This document shows, in pieces, positions 16,651 to 27,138 of a stretch of 64,000 nucleotides of DNA (its first letter is position 1; each line of letters opens with the position of its first letter). Location: assembly GCA_009691105.1 (NCBI GenBank), contig SHVU01000001.1, positions 22,882 through 86,881 on the forward strand. The letters are read 5' to 3'. Position numbers and translations under genes: made by a program. The stretch is from Rhodospirillales bacterium (GTDB taxonomy: Bacteria > Pseudomonadota > Alphaproteobacteria > Rhodospirillales > SHVU01). Under the pieces are notes generated by a model. The model made no database searches, was not told where the DNA came from, and saw only the letters and a program-made list of their open reading frames with translations.

Positions 16651-17964
16651 TTAGAGAATGAACTTCCGGAGATCGACGTTCTTGGCGAGGACGCCGACGT
16701 TTTTCTGAACCAAAGCGGCGTCGATGACGAGCGACTCGCCGGCCTTCTCGGAGGCCGAGAAGCTGATCTCTTCCAGAAGCTTTTCCATCACCGTGTGCAG
16801 GCGTCGCGCTCCGATGTTTTCGACGCCGGAGTTGATCTCGGCGGCGATGTTGGCGATTTCGCGGACGCCGTCCTCGGTGAAATTGAGGGTCACGTTCTCG
16901 ACCCCCATCAAGGCCGTGTACTGCTTGACGAGGCTCGCTTCGGGCTCGGTCAGGATGCGGATGAAATCGTCCCTGGTCAGGGCTTTCAGCTCGACCCGGA
17001 TCGGCAGGCGGCCTTGCAATTCGGGCAGCATGTCGGACGGCTTCGACATGTGGAACGCGCCCGACGCAATGAACAGAATGTGATCGGTCTGGACCTGGCC
17101 GTGCTTGGTCGCGACCGCGGTCCCCTCGATCAGCGGCAACAGATCGCGCTGCACGCCTTCGCGGCTGACGTCAGGTCCGCGCAGCTCGGACCGCGCCGTG
17201 ATCTTGTCGATCTCGTCGATGAAGACGATGCCGTTGTTCTGGGTGACGTCGATGGCCTCTTTGATGACTTTGTCTTCGTCGAGAAGCTTGTCGGCTTCCT
17301 GGCGCAGCAACACGGCATGGGCGTCGGCGACGCTCATCCGCTTCGGCTTGGTGCGCGAGCCGAAGGCCCTGCCGAGCATCTCGTTCAAATTGACCATGCC
17401 CATCTGGGCGCCGGGCATGCCGGGGATTTCCATCGTCGGCATGCCGCCGGTGTCGGCGACCTGGATGTCGATCTCGCGATCGTTGAGCTTGTTCTCGCGC
17501 AGCATGACGCGGAACTTCTCGCGCGTCTCTTTGCTCGAGCCCTCGCCGACCAGTGCGTCGAGGACGCGTTCCTCGGCTAACAGCTCGGCCTTGGCCTGAA
17601 CCTGCTTGCGCATTTTTTCGCGGCTCATCTGGATGGCGATTTCCAATAGATCGCGAACGATCTGCTCGACGTCGCGGCCGACGTAGCCGACTTCGGTGAA
17701 TTTCGTCGCTTCGACTTTGACGAAAGGCGCCTGGGCGAGCCGCGCCAAACGCCGGGCGATCTCGGTCTTGCCGACGCCGGTCGGGCCGATCATCAGGATG
17801 TTCTTGGGTAGGACTTCCTGGCGCAGCCCGGTGTCGAGCTGCTGGCGCCGCCAGCGATTGCGCAGCGCAATGGCGACGGCGCGCTTGGCGTCGTGCTGGC
17901 CGACGATGAAGCGGTCGAGTTCGGAGACGATCTCGCGGGGCGTGAAGCTGGTCACGGCGGTCAC
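16651..17964 (-). CDS. hslU: ATP-dependent protease ATPase subunit HslU
   Basis: 437 aa. [16 protein letters not shown], Walker [16 protein letters not shown], full-length HslU. Confidence 0.97.
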   Translation of the reverse strand: MTAVTSFTPREIVSELDRFIVGQHDAKRAVAIALRNRWRRQQLDTGLRQEVLPKNILMIGPTGVGKTEIARRLARLAQAPFVKVEATKFTEVGYVGRDVEQIVRDLLEIAIQMSREKMRKQVQAKAELLAEERVLDALVGEGSSKETREKFRVMLRENKLNDREIDIQVADTGGMPTMEIPGMPGAQMGMVNLNEMLGRAFGSRTKPKRMSVADAHAVLLRQEADKLLDEDKVIKEAIDVTQNNGIVFIDEIDKITARSELRGPDVSREGVQRDLLPLIEGTAVATKHGQVQTDHILFIASGAFHMSKPSDMLPELQGRLPIRVELKALTRDDFIRILTEPEASLVKQYTALMGVENVTLNFTEDGVREIANIAAEINSGVENIGARRLHTVMEKLLEEISFSASEKAGESLVIDAALVQKNVGVLAKNVDLRKFIL

Positions 17965-18500
17965 AGCGCTTCGATGCTGACGTTGCGGTTGGTGTAGACG
18001 CAGATGTCGGCGGCGATATCGAGGGACTTCCGGGCAATGGCCTCGGCGTCCAGGTTCGAACCGGCGAGCAAGGCGCGGGCCGCGGCCAGCGCGTAGTTGC
18101 CGCCCGAGCCGATGCCGACCAGGCCGTCGTCGGGTTCCAAGACGTCGCCGGTGCCGGTCAGGACCAACGACACGTCCTTGTCGGCGACGATCATCATGGC
18201 TTCGAGACGGCGCAAATAGCGGTCGGTCCGCCAGTCCTTGGCGAGCTCAACGCAGGCCCGGGTCAATTGGCCGCGATACTGCTCGAGCTTGCCTTCCAGG
18301 CGCTCGAACAGCGTGAACGCGTCGGCGGTCGCCCCGGCAAAACCGCCGATAACCTGGCCGTCGGCAAGCCTGCGGACCTTGCGGGCGTTGGCTTTGACCA
18401 CGGTGGCGCCGATCGACACTTGGCCGTCGCCGGCGATGACGACGCGGCCGTTGCGTCGGACCGAGATGATGGTCGTGCCGTGCATGGTGGCGGATGACAT
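17961..18500 (-). CDS. hslV: ATP-dependent protease subunit HslV
   Basis: 179 aa. [12 protein letters not shown] with the N-terminal Thr nucleophile context. Overlaps the hslU start by 4 nt. Confidence 0.95.
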   Translation of the reverse strand: MSSATMHGTTIISVRRNGRVVIAGDGQVSIGATVVKANARKVRRLADGQVIGGFAGATADAFTLFERLEGKLEQYRGQLTRACVELAKDWRTDRYLRRLEAMMIVADKDVSLVLTGTGDVLEPDDGLVGIGSGGNYALAAARALLAGSNLDAEAIARKSLDIAADICVYTNRNVSIEAL

Positions 18501-18536
18501 GGGGTGGCGGGTGCCCTTTCGATGCAGCGCGTGCGG

Positions 18537-18570
18537 ATAATGTGCGCTGGTCGAGCCCCATCTTCAAGGG
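18537..18570 (-). promoter_or_regulatory. possible heat-shock (sigma-32-type) promoter of hslVU
   Basis: The minus strand reads CCCTTGAA (complement of 18563-18570), an exact match to the extended sigma-32 -35. The -10 region (gCACATTAt) is only a partial match. Confidence 0.3.
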
Positions 18571-18629
18571 CAGGGCCGGCAAGGGCACGGCTGGCGGATC
18601 GCCCGGCTTCCTGGTAGTAAAGCGCCGTC

Positions 18630-19268
18630 ATGAAACGTCCCGCCGCCAAATCCGCCTCGCCCCGCGCCGCCGCCGCGAAAGGCCGTCGTGCCTCGGTCGA
18701 GCGCATCACCAAGGAAACGTCGATCCGGGTGTCGATCAATCTCGACGGCACCGGCAAAGCTAAGATCGCGACCGGCGTCGGCTTCCTCGATCACATGCTC
18801 GACCAGATTGCCCGTCACGGGCTGATCGATCTCGAGGTCTATTGCAAGGGCGACACCCATATCGACTTGCACCACACGACTGAAGACACCGGCCTCGCCA
18901 TCGGCCAAGCGGTCAGTCAGGCGCTCGGCGATCGCAAGGGCATCGCCCGCTTCGGCTGGGCGCTGACGCCGCTCGATGAAGCTTTGACCCGCGTCGTCAT
19001 CGATGCGTCGAACCGTCCGTTCCTGGTGTGGAACGTCAACTTCACGCGCCCGAAGCTCGGCGAAATGGATACCGAGCTCTTCAAAGAGTGGTTCAAAGCT
19101 TTCGCCCAGACCGGCGGCTTCACGCTGCATGTCGAAAATCTCTACGGCGAGAACAACCACCACATCGTCGAGACTTGCTACAAGGCGCTGGCCCGTGCGC
19201 TGCGCCAAGCGGTGTCGCTGGATCCGCGGCAAGCCGGCGTCATCCCTTCGACCAAGGGCGCGCTCTAA
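18630..19268 (+). CDS. hisB: imidazoleglycerol-phosphate dehydratase
   Basis: [39 protein letters not shown]: full IGPD. Confidence 0.92.
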   Translation: MKRPAAKSASPRAAAAKGRRASVERITKETSIRVSINLDGTGKAKIATGVGFLDHMLDQIARHGLIDLEVYCKGDTHIDLHHTTEDTGLAIGQAVSQALGDRKGIARFGWALTPLDEALTRVVIDASNRPFLVWNVNFTRPKLGEMDTELFKEWFKAFAQTGGFTLHVENLYGENNHHIVETCYKALARALRQAVSLDPRQAGVIPSTKGAL

Positions 19269-19333
19269 CCTCGTTTAATTTTTGATGTGTTGCCGGCGCC
19301 GAAGTTCGGCGCCGTAGAGTCGACGCGTGATTA

Positions 19334-19862
19334 GCGCGTGACGTCCGGCGGCAACGGCAACAGCCCGTCGGGAACGGCGCCGAGACGCTCCAGCAAAATC
19401 CGCGACCAGCGCAGCTGACCGTCGACATGGCGCGTTCAACGCACGTCTTTTGGATCCTGAAAGCCAACGGTCACGACAACGCGTCCATCCTCGCTGGCGG
19501 CCACGGCGTACAAGGCGAAGGCGCGCACCGATATTCTGGCCACCGACGACGACGTCCGCAAAGGCAGCGGCCGCGCCACCTTCATCGATACCCGCATTGC
19601 CGGTCAGTACCTCGGCATCAACAAGATTTCGGGCGTCACCCGCTACGGCACGATTCCGGGTTCGCGGAATTTGTCGTACTCGTGGCTCACCGACGACTCC
19701 GGTGTCCAGCTTCACGGCAAAGCCGGGCTTCTGGCGTCCTTTGTCTGGTTCGCGAGCTATGAGATTCTGGGCAACAAAGCGACCCGCCTTTATGACGCCA
19801 GCATGAGCGAATGGTCCCTCGCCCAGGCCAATCCGGTGGAGCGCCACATCGCCGTCGACTAA
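19334..19862 (+). pseudogene. rhodanese / sulfurtransferase relic (5'-truncated, frameshifted)
   Basis: One frame gives ...HVFWILKANGHDNASILAGG. Continuation needs a frame change near 19497-19505 to read TAYKAKARTDI...ATFIDTRIAGQYLG...GTIPGSRNL...LYDASMSEW. His replaces the expected active-site Cys (VQLHGKAG). The N-terminal ~100 aa of a two-domain rhodanese are absent. Confidence 0.5.
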
Positions 19863-19947
19863 GTCACGCCAAGCGGCCGGCCGCGGCCGTTTTGCCTTGA
19901 AAAATCACCGGGTGTAGGATCGCGGAGCGAACAGGAACCTCCGCGAT

Positions 19948-20340
19948 ATGCGCCTCTATACCGTTCATTTGCGCCGCCAAGGCCTCGATTCGGACCGCGA
20001 CCTCGCTTTGGTCAAGGAAGGGTTCGCCTGGCCGGCGTTCTTTTTCACGGTGCTCTGGGCGTTCACGCGCAGACTTTGGGTGGCCGGGTGCGCCCTCCTC
20101 GCTGTCGAACTGGCGGCGGGGTTCGGCCTGACCACGATCGGCGCCGATTCCGTGACCCAAGCCGTGGCGAGCTTTGCCATCGCCGCGCTCGCCGGATTTT
20201 TCGGCAATGACTGGGTCCGCGCCAAGCTTGCCCGCCAAGGCTTCGTCGAGACCGCCGTCGTCACGGGCAACGGCGAAGACGTCGCGCTGCAACGATTCCT
20301 CGATGTCCGGCCGACCGTCGCCGAAGGCCTTTTGACCTGA
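19948..20340 (+). CDS. DUF2628-type small membrane protein
   Basis: 130 aa: MRLYTVHLRR...LVKEGFAWPAFFFTVLWAFTRRLW with two TM helices. Usual position between hisB and hisH in alphaproteobacteria (family name from recollection). Confidence 0.7.
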   Translation: MRLYTVHLRRQGLDSDRDLALVKEGFAWPAFFFTVLWAFTRRLWVAGCALLAVELAAGFGLTTIGADSVTQAVASFAIAALAGFFGNDWVRAKLARQGFVETAVVTGNGEDVALQRFLDVRPTVAEGLLT

Positions 20341-20342
20341 CC

Positions 20343-20987
20343 ATGATGGACGTTGCGATCGTCGACTATGGCTCGGGCAATCTGCGCTCGGCGGCCAAGG
20401 CCTTCGAGCGGACCATCGCCGAGGCCAATGCCGGTGGCCGCACCACTGTCACCTCGGACCCCGCGGCGATCCGCAGCGCCAGCCACATCGTTTTGCCCGG
20501 CGTTGGCGCTTTCGCCGATTGTAAGCAAGGCTTGGAGGCGATTCCCGGCATGATCGAGGCTCTGGCCGAAGCAGCGCTAAAAAATGCCAAACCGTTCCTC
20601 GGGATCTGCGTCGGCATGCAACTTTTGGCGAGCCGTGGCCTCGAACACGGCGTGCACGACGGTCTCGGTTGGATCGAGGGCGATGTCGTCGCCATCCAAC
20701 CCAAGGACGACGCGCTCAAGATTCCGCACATGGGCTGGAACGATCTCCGCGTCGCTCAGCCGCATCCCCTGATGGCCGGGATCGACGCCGGGGCGCACGC
20801 CTATTTCGTTCACAGCTATCAGTTTACGCCGAAAGACCGCGCCGCGATCTTCGCGACCGTCGATTACGGCGGCGAGGTCGTGGCCCTGGTCGGCCGCGAC
20901 AATCTCGCCGGCACGCAATTCCATCCGGAAAAAAGTCAGGCGACGGGACTGGCTCTCATCGCCAATTTTTTGAAGTGGCGCCCCTAA
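20343..20987 (+). CDS. hisH: imidazole glycerol phosphate synthase, glutamine amidotransferase subunit
   Basis: VAIVDYGSGNLRS, GICVGMQLL (catalytic Cys), QFHPEKS. Confidence 0.93.
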   Translation: MMDVAIVDYGSGNLRSAAKAFERTIAEANAGGRTTVTSDPAAIRSASHIVLPGVGAFADCKQGLEAIPGMIEALAEAALKNAKPFLGICVGMQLLASRGLEHGVHDGLGWIEGDVVAIQPKDDALKIPHMGWNDLRVAQPHPLMAGIDAGAHAYFVHSYQFTPKDRAAIFATVDYGGEVVALVGRDNLAGTQFHPEKSQATGLALIANFLKWRP

Positions 20988-20988
20988 A

Positions 20989-21714
20989 ATGATCCTGTAC
21001 CCCGCCATCGATCTGAAAGCCGGCCAATGCGTGCGGCTCTATCGCGGCGCGCTCGACCAGGCCACCGTCTTCAACGACGACCCGGCTGGTCAGGCGCGCG
21101 TCTTCGCCGCCGCCGGCGCCGAATGGATTCACGTCGTCGATCTCGACGGTGCGGTCAGCGGCAAATCCGCCAACGGCGAAGCCGTCGAGAAGATCTTGCG
21201 GGCCGTCGACGTGCCGATCCAACTCGGTGGCGGCATCCGTCACCCCGACGCCATCCAGGCTTGGCTCGACAAAGGCGTGTCGCGGGTCGTGCTCGGCACC
21301 ATGGCGTTGCGCCATCCCGACGTCGTCACCGATTGCTGCCGCTTGTATCCGGGCCGCATCGCCGTCGCCATCGATGCCAAGGACGGCAAGGTCGCGGCCG
21401 GCGGTTGGGTCGAAGTGTCGGAAGTGCTCGCCACCGATCTCGCCAAGAAATTCCAGGATGCGGGCGTCGCCGCCATCGTCTTCACCGACATCGGCCGCGA
21501 CGGCACGCTCGAAGGACCAAACGTCGAAGCGACGCTGGCTCTCGCCCGCGCCGTGTCGCGTCCGGTCATCGCCTCGGGCGGTATCCGGTCGCTCGACGAT
21601 CTGCGCGAGTTAAAGGCCAGCGGTAGCGACCGCATCGCCGGCGTCATTTGCGGCCGGGCTCTCTACGAAGGCCTGATTGATCTGCCGGCGGCCATTCGTC
21701 TTCTAAAGGACTAG
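20989..21714 (+). CDS. hisA: 1-(5-phosphoribosyl)-5-[(5-phosphoribosylamino)methylideneamino]imidazole-4-carboxamide isomerase
   Basis: MILYPAIDLKAGQCVRL, VVDLDGA, QLGGGIR, TDIGRDGTLEGPN. Confidence 0.93.
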   Translation: MILYPAIDLKAGQCVRLYRGALDQATVFNDDPAGQARVFAAAGAEWIHVVDLDGAVSGKSANGEAVEKILRAVDVPIQLGGGIRHPDAIQAWLDKGVSRVVLGTMALRHPDVVTDCCRLYPGRIAVAIDAKDGKVAAGGWVEVSEVLATDLAKKFQDAGVAAIVFTDIGRDGTLEGPNVEATLALARAVSRPVIASGGIRSLDDLRELKASGSDRIAGVICGRALYEGLIDLPAAIRLLKD

Positions 21715-21717
21715 TCC

Positions 21718-22485
21718 GTGCTCAAGGCCCGCGTCATCCCCTGCCTCGACGTCAAGGCCGGGCGCGTCGTCAAAGGCGTCAGCTTCGTGGATTTGCGAGA
21801 CGCCGGCGATCCGGTCGAGCAAGCCCGCATCTATGACAAGGCCGGCGCCGACGAGCTTTGCTTTCTCGATATCACCGCGAGCGTCGAGGATCGCTCACCC
21901 CTCTATGACATTGTCGGCCGTACTGCCGAGGCCTGCTTCATGCCGTTGACCGTCGGCGGCGGGGTTCGGGCGCTGGAAGATATTCGCAAGCTGTTGCTCG
22001 CCGGGGCCGACAAGGTTTCGATCAACACCGCCGCCGTCGCCGATCCGCCGCTGGTCGCCGCGGCCGCCGAAAAATTCGGTCGCCAATGCATCGTCGTCGC
22101 CATCGACGCCAAGACGACGGCCAACGGCTTCGAGGTCTTCACCCACGGCGGCCGCCGCGCCACCGGGCTCGACGCCGTCACCTGGGCGAAGCGCATGACC
22201 GCCAGCGGCGCCGGTGAAATTCTCCTGACGTCGATCGATCGCGACGGGACGAAAATCGGATTCGACTTGGCGTTGACACGCGCCGTCGCCGATGCGGTGT
22301 CGGTGCCGGTGATCGCGTCGGGCGGTGTCGGCACGCTCGATCACATGGCCGACGGGATCGTCAAAGGCCACGCCTCGGCGGTGCTCGCCGCCTCGATCTT
22401 TCACTTCGGAACCTTTACCATCGCTGAGGTCAAGGCGCGGATGCGCGACGCCGGAATTCCCGTTCGCGACGCGCCGGCGCGCTAG
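21718..22485 (+). CDS. hisF: imidazole glycerol phosphate synthase, cyclase subunit
   Basis: GTG start. [45 protein letters not shown]. Confidence 0.95.
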   Translation: MLKARVIPCLDVKAGRVVKGVSFVDLRDAGDPVEQARIYDKAGADELCFLDITASVEDRSPLYDIVGRTAEACFMPLTVGGGVRALEDIRKLLLAGADKVSINTAAVADPPLVAAAAEKFGRQCIVVAIDAKTTANGFEVFTHGGRRATGLDAVTWAKRMTASGAGEILLTSIDRDGTKIGFDLALTRAVADAVSVPVIASGGVGTLDHMADGIVKGHASAVLAASIFHFGTFTIAEVKARMRDAGIPVRDAPAR

Positions 22486-22493
22486 GAACTCGG

Positions 22494-22883
22494 ATGGCCC
22501 GACAAAAATCCGGAAGCGACGTTCTCGATCGCGTCTTTGCGGTGATCCAAAGCCGCAAGGGCGGCGACACGCGCACGTCCCACACGGCGCGGCTGCTCGC
22601 CAGCGGCAAGGCCGGTGTCGCCCACAAGCTGGGCGAGGAAGCGCTCGAGACTATCGCCGCGGCGCTGACCGAACCCAAGAGCCGGATCGTGTCGGAAAGC
22701 GCCGATCTGCTCTTTCATCTTCTCGTGCTGTGGGCGGCGAGCGGGCTTCGCCCGGAACAGATCTGGGCGGAACTGGCGCGCCGCGAAGGCACGTCCGGCA
22801 TTGCCGAAAAAGCTTCGCGCTCAGCGGCGAAGCCAAAGTCCGCCAAGCCGAAGGGAGCCCGTCGTGGCCTACGACACAAATAA
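22494..22883 (+). CDS. hisE: phosphoribosyl-ATP pyrophosphatase
   Basis: SHTARLLASG...KLGEEALETIAA...ESADLLFHLLVL pattern, with a basic C-terminal tail. Confidence 0.85.
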   Translation: MARQKSGSDVLDRVFAVIQSRKGGDTRTSHTARLLASGKAGVAHKLGEEALETIAAALTEPKSRIVSESADLLFHLLVLWAASGLRPEQIWAELARREGTSGIAEKASRSAAKPKSAKPKGARRGLRHK

Positions 22884-23232
22884 TATCTTCGCGAAAATTC
22901 TGCGCGGCGAAATCCCTTGCAAGAAAGTTCACGAGGACGAGTTCGCCCTCGCCTTCCACGACATCAATCCTCAGGCCCCGATCCACGTCCTGGTGATTCC
23001 GAAGGGCCCGTACGAATCCATGGCCGATTTTTCGGCCAAGGCCACCGAGGCCGAAATCGCCGGGTTCATCCGCGCCGTCGGCACCGTCGGCCGCCAACTC
23101 GGCATCGAAACCAACGGCTATCGCATCCTTGCCAACCACGGCCACGATTCGCGCCAGGAAGTTCCGCACTTCCACATCCACGTTTTCGGCGGCCGCGATC
23201 TCGGCTCGATGCTCGGCAAGCCGCGCGCTTGA
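22864..23232 (+). CDS. HIT-family (histidine triad) nucleotide hydrolase
   Basis: NIFAKILRGEIPCKKVHEDEF...HVLVIPK...VPHFHIHVFGG (HxHxHxx triad). Start placed at GTG 22864, with an alternative ATG at 22801. Confidence 0.85.
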   Translation: MAYDTNNIFAKILRGEIPCKKVHEDEFALAFHDINPQAPIHVLVIPKGPYESMADFSAKATEAEIAGFIRAVGTVGRQLGIETNGYRILANHGHDSRQEVPHFHIHVFGGRDLGSMLGKPRA

Positions 23233-23334
23233 GATAACGCCGAAGCCCACTACCGAAAACGTTCGGCACGTTGCCTTCGCGAGTGATGCCGTGGCCGACA
23301 TCGTGACGTTCGCTCCTTAAAGCCAACTATTCGC

Positions 23335-23872
23335 TTATCCGGCGACTAGGGCTCGCCCCGGCGCGACGCGCCGAAAGGCGAGCGCCTAGGCGACATGCAA
23401 GCTGCCGACCGCGGCTGTGCCTTCGAGATCGGCGATGGTCCGCGCGACGCGCAGGATCCGGTGATAGCCCCGCGCCGATAAACGCATGTGCTCGGACGCT
23501 GCGGCGAGCAGCGCCGATCCGGCGACGTCGGGCCGGGCGACCCGTTCTAACAGCTGTCCATCGGCTTCGGCGTTGGTGCGGATGACGCTTTCACCCGCGG
23601 CGCTCGCGTAGCGCTCGGCTTGCCGGGCTCGGGCTCGGGCTCGGGCTCGGGCCTGGGCGATGCGCGGCGCGATCACGGCGGCGGTGTGGCTGGTGACGTT
23701 CCTGGATCGGCGCAGCACGGTCGTCCGTGCCGGCGAAAACCGCGGCAAGACTCTGGTCAATCGCCGCGTCGTCATGGCGGCCGAGCCGGTCGGCGAATGG
23801 AACGGAACAGCGAGGACGTTCGACGTCCCGGTGACCTTGGCCGATGGCGAAGGCTGCGCCGTGATCGTGCAA
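23335..23872 (-). pseudogene. YifB/ComM-family Mg-chelatase-like ATPase relic (C-terminal fragment only)
   Basis: The minus strand reads ...HMRLSARGYHRILRVARTIADLEGTAAVGSLHVA-TAG-ALAFRRVAPG... The YifB C-terminus is interrupted by TAG at 23386-23388, where Glu is expected. An upstream piece (SVPFADRLGRH, compare SGPLLDRIDLH) lies in another frame. The whole AAA+ N-terminal part is missing. Confidence 0.55.
23625..23660. repeat. hexanucleotide microsatellite (GGGCTC)4 plus two degenerate units
   Basis: gggctc gggctc gggctc gggctc gggcct gggcga. Encodes (AR)n in the yifB-relic frame. Confidence 0.9.
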
Positions 23873-23936
23873 AGCCGCGCTCCCGGCCCGGTGCTTGGGG
23901 CCGCGGTCTGTCCGAAGACCGGTTCCTAGAATTTCG

Positions 23937-24698
23937 TCAGGCGCGAGCGCGCCACCAATAGACGTAGGTGACGCGACCGGGTTTCAGTGCTTCGAGAGCG
24001 TGGCCCGCCGCTGCGACCAACGGATACACAGGCCCGTAGACGGCGTCGTCAAATCGCTTGTGTAACCGTTGCGGCGCCATGGCGATGCGGCCGAAGGCCT
24101 CATAGCCGGCGTCGCGCGATAGGGGGCCGAGGTCGCGCCAGCTGTCGGCGAGCCCCGCCTTGTCGACGATCTGCACGCCGAGCACCAATCCGCGCGGTTT
24201 TAATTTCGGCCGGAACGCTTTCAGGAAGCCGAGATGAAACGCCGCGTCGGGCGAGCGCGAGAACGGATAGAACTCGCGGGCATGAATCACATCGAAGGTC
24301 GCGGCGGCAAACGAGTCGAGCTTGTCGACCGAACCGGCGCGAAACTCGCAAGCCGGATAACGCTGGGCGGCGACGCGAACTCCGGCCTCGGACATATCCA
24401 TTCCGACGACACGGATGCCGGATTGTCCGGTGGCGCGCAGGGCTTCGCTGATGGTGCCGATGCCCGATCCGGCATCGAGAATGGTGCCGGCCAGGTCTGC
24501 ATTCAAGCGCTGGCGCAACAAGCCTCCCAAATTCGCCGCGTAGAGCCGGGCATAGGCGTCATCGATGATGGCATAGCGTTGAAGCTGGCTGCCGTCGCCC
24601 TTGGCTTCGAAGTCGCGATAGGCGCCCCAGACACCGACGCCGTCGCGTTCGAGTTCCGCCATTTTCTCGGGGCGGTACCAATGTTCGCTTTGAGCCAT
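23937..24698 (-). CDS. class I SAM-dependent methyltransferase
   Basis: 253 aa. Motif I ILDAGSGIGTISEAL, followed by VVGMDMSE and FDVIHARE. Confidence 0.7.
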   Translation of the reverse strand: MAQSEHWYRPEKMAELERDGVGVWGAYRDFEAKGDGSQLQRYAIIDDAYARLYAANLGGLLRQRLNADLAGTILDAGSGIGTISEALRATGQSGIRVVGMDMSEAGVRVAAQRYPACEFRAGSVDKLDSFAAATFDVIHAREFYPFSRSPDAAFHLGFLKAFRPKLKPRGLVLGVQIVDKAGLADSWRDLGPLSRDAGYEAFGRIAMAPQRLHKRFDDAVYGPVYPLVAAAGHALEALKPGRVTYVYWWRARA

Positions 24699-24723
24699 GG
24701 GTCGCTCGCGTCAGGCCGATGCG

Positions 24724-25686
24724 CTAGCCACGGTTCGTCGCGACCCGCTTTTCGATGGCGTCCCAAATATCGGATTCGATGGCGACGCCGTCGAAGCGAT
24801 CGATCTCCTGAATGCCGGTCGGCGAGGTCACGTTGATCTCTGTGATGAAACCACCGATCACGTCGATGCCGACAAAGACCAAGCCGAGCCGCGCCAGCTC
24901 CGGTCCGATGGCGGCGCAAATCTCTTTGTCGCGGGCGGTGAGCGCGATGCGCTCCGGCCTCGCGCCGACGTGCATGTTGGCCCGGGCCTCGCCTTTGGGC
25001 GGGACGCGATTGACCGCGCCCTTGGCGATACCGTCGACCAGGATGATGCGCTTGTCGCCCTGCCGCACCGCCGGCACATAAGCCTGGACGACGATCGGCT
25101 CGCGCGACATCGCCGTGAACATTTCGAGCAGGGCGTTGAAGTTCTCGTCCTCGGGCCCGACGTGAAAGACGCCGGCGCCGCCGTTGCCGAACAGCGGTTT
25201 GATGATGACGTCGCGGTGCTGGGCGCGAAACTCGGCGGCCTGGGTGCGATCGGCGGTGATCAAGGTCGGCGGCATGAACTCGGCGAAACGCGTCACGAAC
25301 AATTTTTCGGGTGCGTTGCGTACCGCGACTGGATCGTTGACGACCAGGGTCTTCGGATGGACGTGTTCCAGAATATGCGTCGCCGTGATGTAAGCCATGT
25401 CGAACGGCGGGTCCTGGCGCATTAGGACGACGTCGACGTCGGCGAGATCGAGTGTCGTGAACGCGCCGAGCGTGTAGTGGTCGCCGGCCTTGCGCCGAAC
25501 CTCCAGAGTCCGGGCCCGGGCTTTGACGCGCCCGGCCGAGAACGACAAATACTGCGGCAGATAATGCTGCAACGTATGGCCGCGTTTTTGCGCTTCCAGC
25601 GCCAGGACGAAGGTCGAATCGGCGTCGATGTTGATCGACTCGATCGGATCCATCTGGATGGCGACTTTCAAGATCTTGGCACTCAT
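24724..25686 (-). CDS. gshB: glutathione synthetase
   Basis: [26 protein letters not shown]..., [33 protein letters not shown] 25686 overlaps the upstream stop (ATGA). Confidence 0.93.
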   Translation of the reverse strand: MSAKILKVAIQMDPIESINIDADSTFVLALEAQKRGHTLQHYLPQYLSFSAGRVKARARTLEVRRKAGDHYTLGAFTTLDLADVDVVLMRQDPPFDMAYITATHILEHVHPKTLVVNDPVAVRNAPEKLFVTRFAEFMPPTLITADRTQAAEFRAQHRDVIIKPLFGNGGAGVFHVGPEDENFNALLEMFTAMSREPIVVQAYVPAVRQGDKRIILVDGIAKGAVNRVPPKGEARANMHVGARPERIALTARDKEICAAIGPELARLGLVFVGIDVIGGFITEINVTSPTGIQEIDRFDGVAIESDIWDAIEKRVATNRG

Positions 25687-26498
25687 GCGAGACGCTCGTT
25701 CAGTTCGCGCACCAAAACCCAGGTACGGGGTCGCTCCGGCGAATCGCGATCGATGCCGAGCCAGCGCTCCAAGGCCCGCACCGCGGTCTTGAGATCGCCC
25801 AGGGCGAGGGCGAGCAAACCACATTCGCGCCACGGCTGGGCGACGGCGGGTGCGATCAAGGTCAGGGATTCGAGCAGCACCAGCTTGGCGCGTTCGCTCT
25901 CGTCGAGTTCGGTTTGGCGAGCCCTGGTCAGCGTCATCAAGATGTCGCGCGCGCTCAAGGTCGCAAAGTCGGTAAGCATCAAGGCACGATCATCGCCGCG
26001 CGTCGTCCGGACCAGTTCACGCAGCGCCGGTGCCGCGACGGTTTTTCCCGTCGTCGGATCGAGCAACAAGCGTGCGGCCCCGGCTTCGAGGCGAACCAGG
26101 GTGCGCGCCGGAAAATTGACAGCGGTCGCCGTCCAGCCTTGAGCCCGCGCCGCATCGATATACAGAATGGCTAAAGCCACGGCCGGGCCGCCGCGCCGAT
26201 CGATCGTCAAAGCGACGTCGGCCGACGCGTCCTCCGTCGCGACGGTGTAGCCGTAGCGCCGGGCCAAAACCTGCACGAGGCTTTCGGCCCGCCGCTCCAA
26301 ATCCTCGCCAGCCCATTGTCCGGCATAAGCGCCGACCTCGGTGGCCAGGGCTCGGATATGACGGTGATAGGCAGAGGGTTCGATTCCCGGCCGGATCGCC
26401 GCGGCCAACAGAACGGCAGTTTCGGCGAGCGGCAGATTCGAATCCTCGACGTCGCCGAGGGCGCCCAGCGCCGCCATCACATCGGGATCCGGCGTCAC
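25683..26498 (-). CDS. hypothetical protein, tentatively SirB1/YchA-like (transglutaminase-like fold plus TPR-like C-terminus)
   Basis: 271-aa ORF translationally coupled to both neighbours (GTGA and ATGA overlaps). The family assignment rests only on overall pattern recollection. Confidence 0.4.
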   Translation of the reverse strand: MTPDPDVMAALGALGDVEDSNLPLAETAVLLAAAIRPGIEPSAYHRHIRALATEVGAYAGQWAGEDLERRAESLVQVLARRYGYTVATEDASADVALTIDRRGGPAVALAILYIDAARAQGWTATAVNFPARTLVRLEAGAARLLLDPTTGKTVAAPALRELVRTTRGDDRALMLTDFATLSARDILMTLTRARQTELDESERAKLVLLESLTLIAPAVAQPWRECGLLALALGDLKTAVRALERWLGIDRDSPERPRTWVLVRELNERLA

Positions 26499-27091
26499 GT
26501 CTTGCCCTTGACGCGGACGTGAGGGGCGACGCGGCGCACGTATTCGAGGGAGCGGGCGTGGGCGACGACGCGATCGAGTTCGGATTGGCTTTGGGCGACG
26601 CCGATCAAATAGACCGTGCCGTTCACCGTCTCGACGGAATAGTTCACGGCCAGGACCTCGCGATCGAGCGTGATTCGAGATTTCAGCTGCGTCGTAATCC
26701 AGCCGTCGCGCGCGAAGTCGGAGGCGCTTTGATCGATCGGCTGCATTTCGTTGATGACGTCTTTCACGCCGTCGACCGTCCAGGCCAAGCGCACCACGTC
26801 GGCGCGGACCTGCGCGTCCGGGATAGTGCCGGTCAGCAGGGCGCGGCCCTCGTGAACCTCAAGGCCGATCTTTGCCGGCAAGGCGTGCTTGTGCTGGAAC
26901 CAGGCCTCGAGGATGCGGGTATGGATCCGCAAATCTCGGGCGACGCCATCGACGCCGCGTTCGTCATAGGCGGCCATGCCGACGGCAGCGCCGGCGCCGA
27001 AGATGACGCCGCAGCCGCTGACGCCGCCGAGCAACGCAACCAGGGCCAGACTTTGGACAAGGGTTTTGAGGGTTCTGCGCAAGGTGTTCAT
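26495..27091 (-). CDS. BON-domain lipoprotein (OsmY/DolP(YraP)-like)
   Basis: Signal peptide plus lipobox LLGGVSGC. Two BON-like units (VHEGRALLTGTIPDAQ..., VETVNGTVYLIGVAQSQ...). Confidence 0.8.
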   Translation of the reverse strand: MNTLRRTLKTLVQSLALVALLGGVSGCGVIFGAGAAVGMAAYDERGVDGVARDLRIHTRILEAWFQHKHALPAKIGLEVHEGRALLTGTIPDAQVRADVVRLAWTVDGVKDVINEMQPIDQSASDFARDGWITTQLKSRITLDREVLAVNYSVETVNGTVYLIGVAQSQSELDRVVAHARSLEYVRRVAPHVRVKGKT

Positions 27092-27138
27092 GCGGGCATC
27101 TTAATGCGCCGCCGCCGCGCCCAAAAGGGGTGACGCGT

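Noticed and set aside
19275-19847. 190-aa minus-strand ORF between hisB and DUF2628
   Set aside because: It is antisense to the rhodanese-like reading path, which has recognisable family motifs. The minus-strand translation is Arg/Gly/Ala-rich with no motif.
23625-23660. Possible CRISPR-like or regulatory repeat array
   Set aside because: The unit is only 6 nt with no spacers, and it lies inside a decayed coding frame. It is a simple microsatellite, not a CRISPR array.
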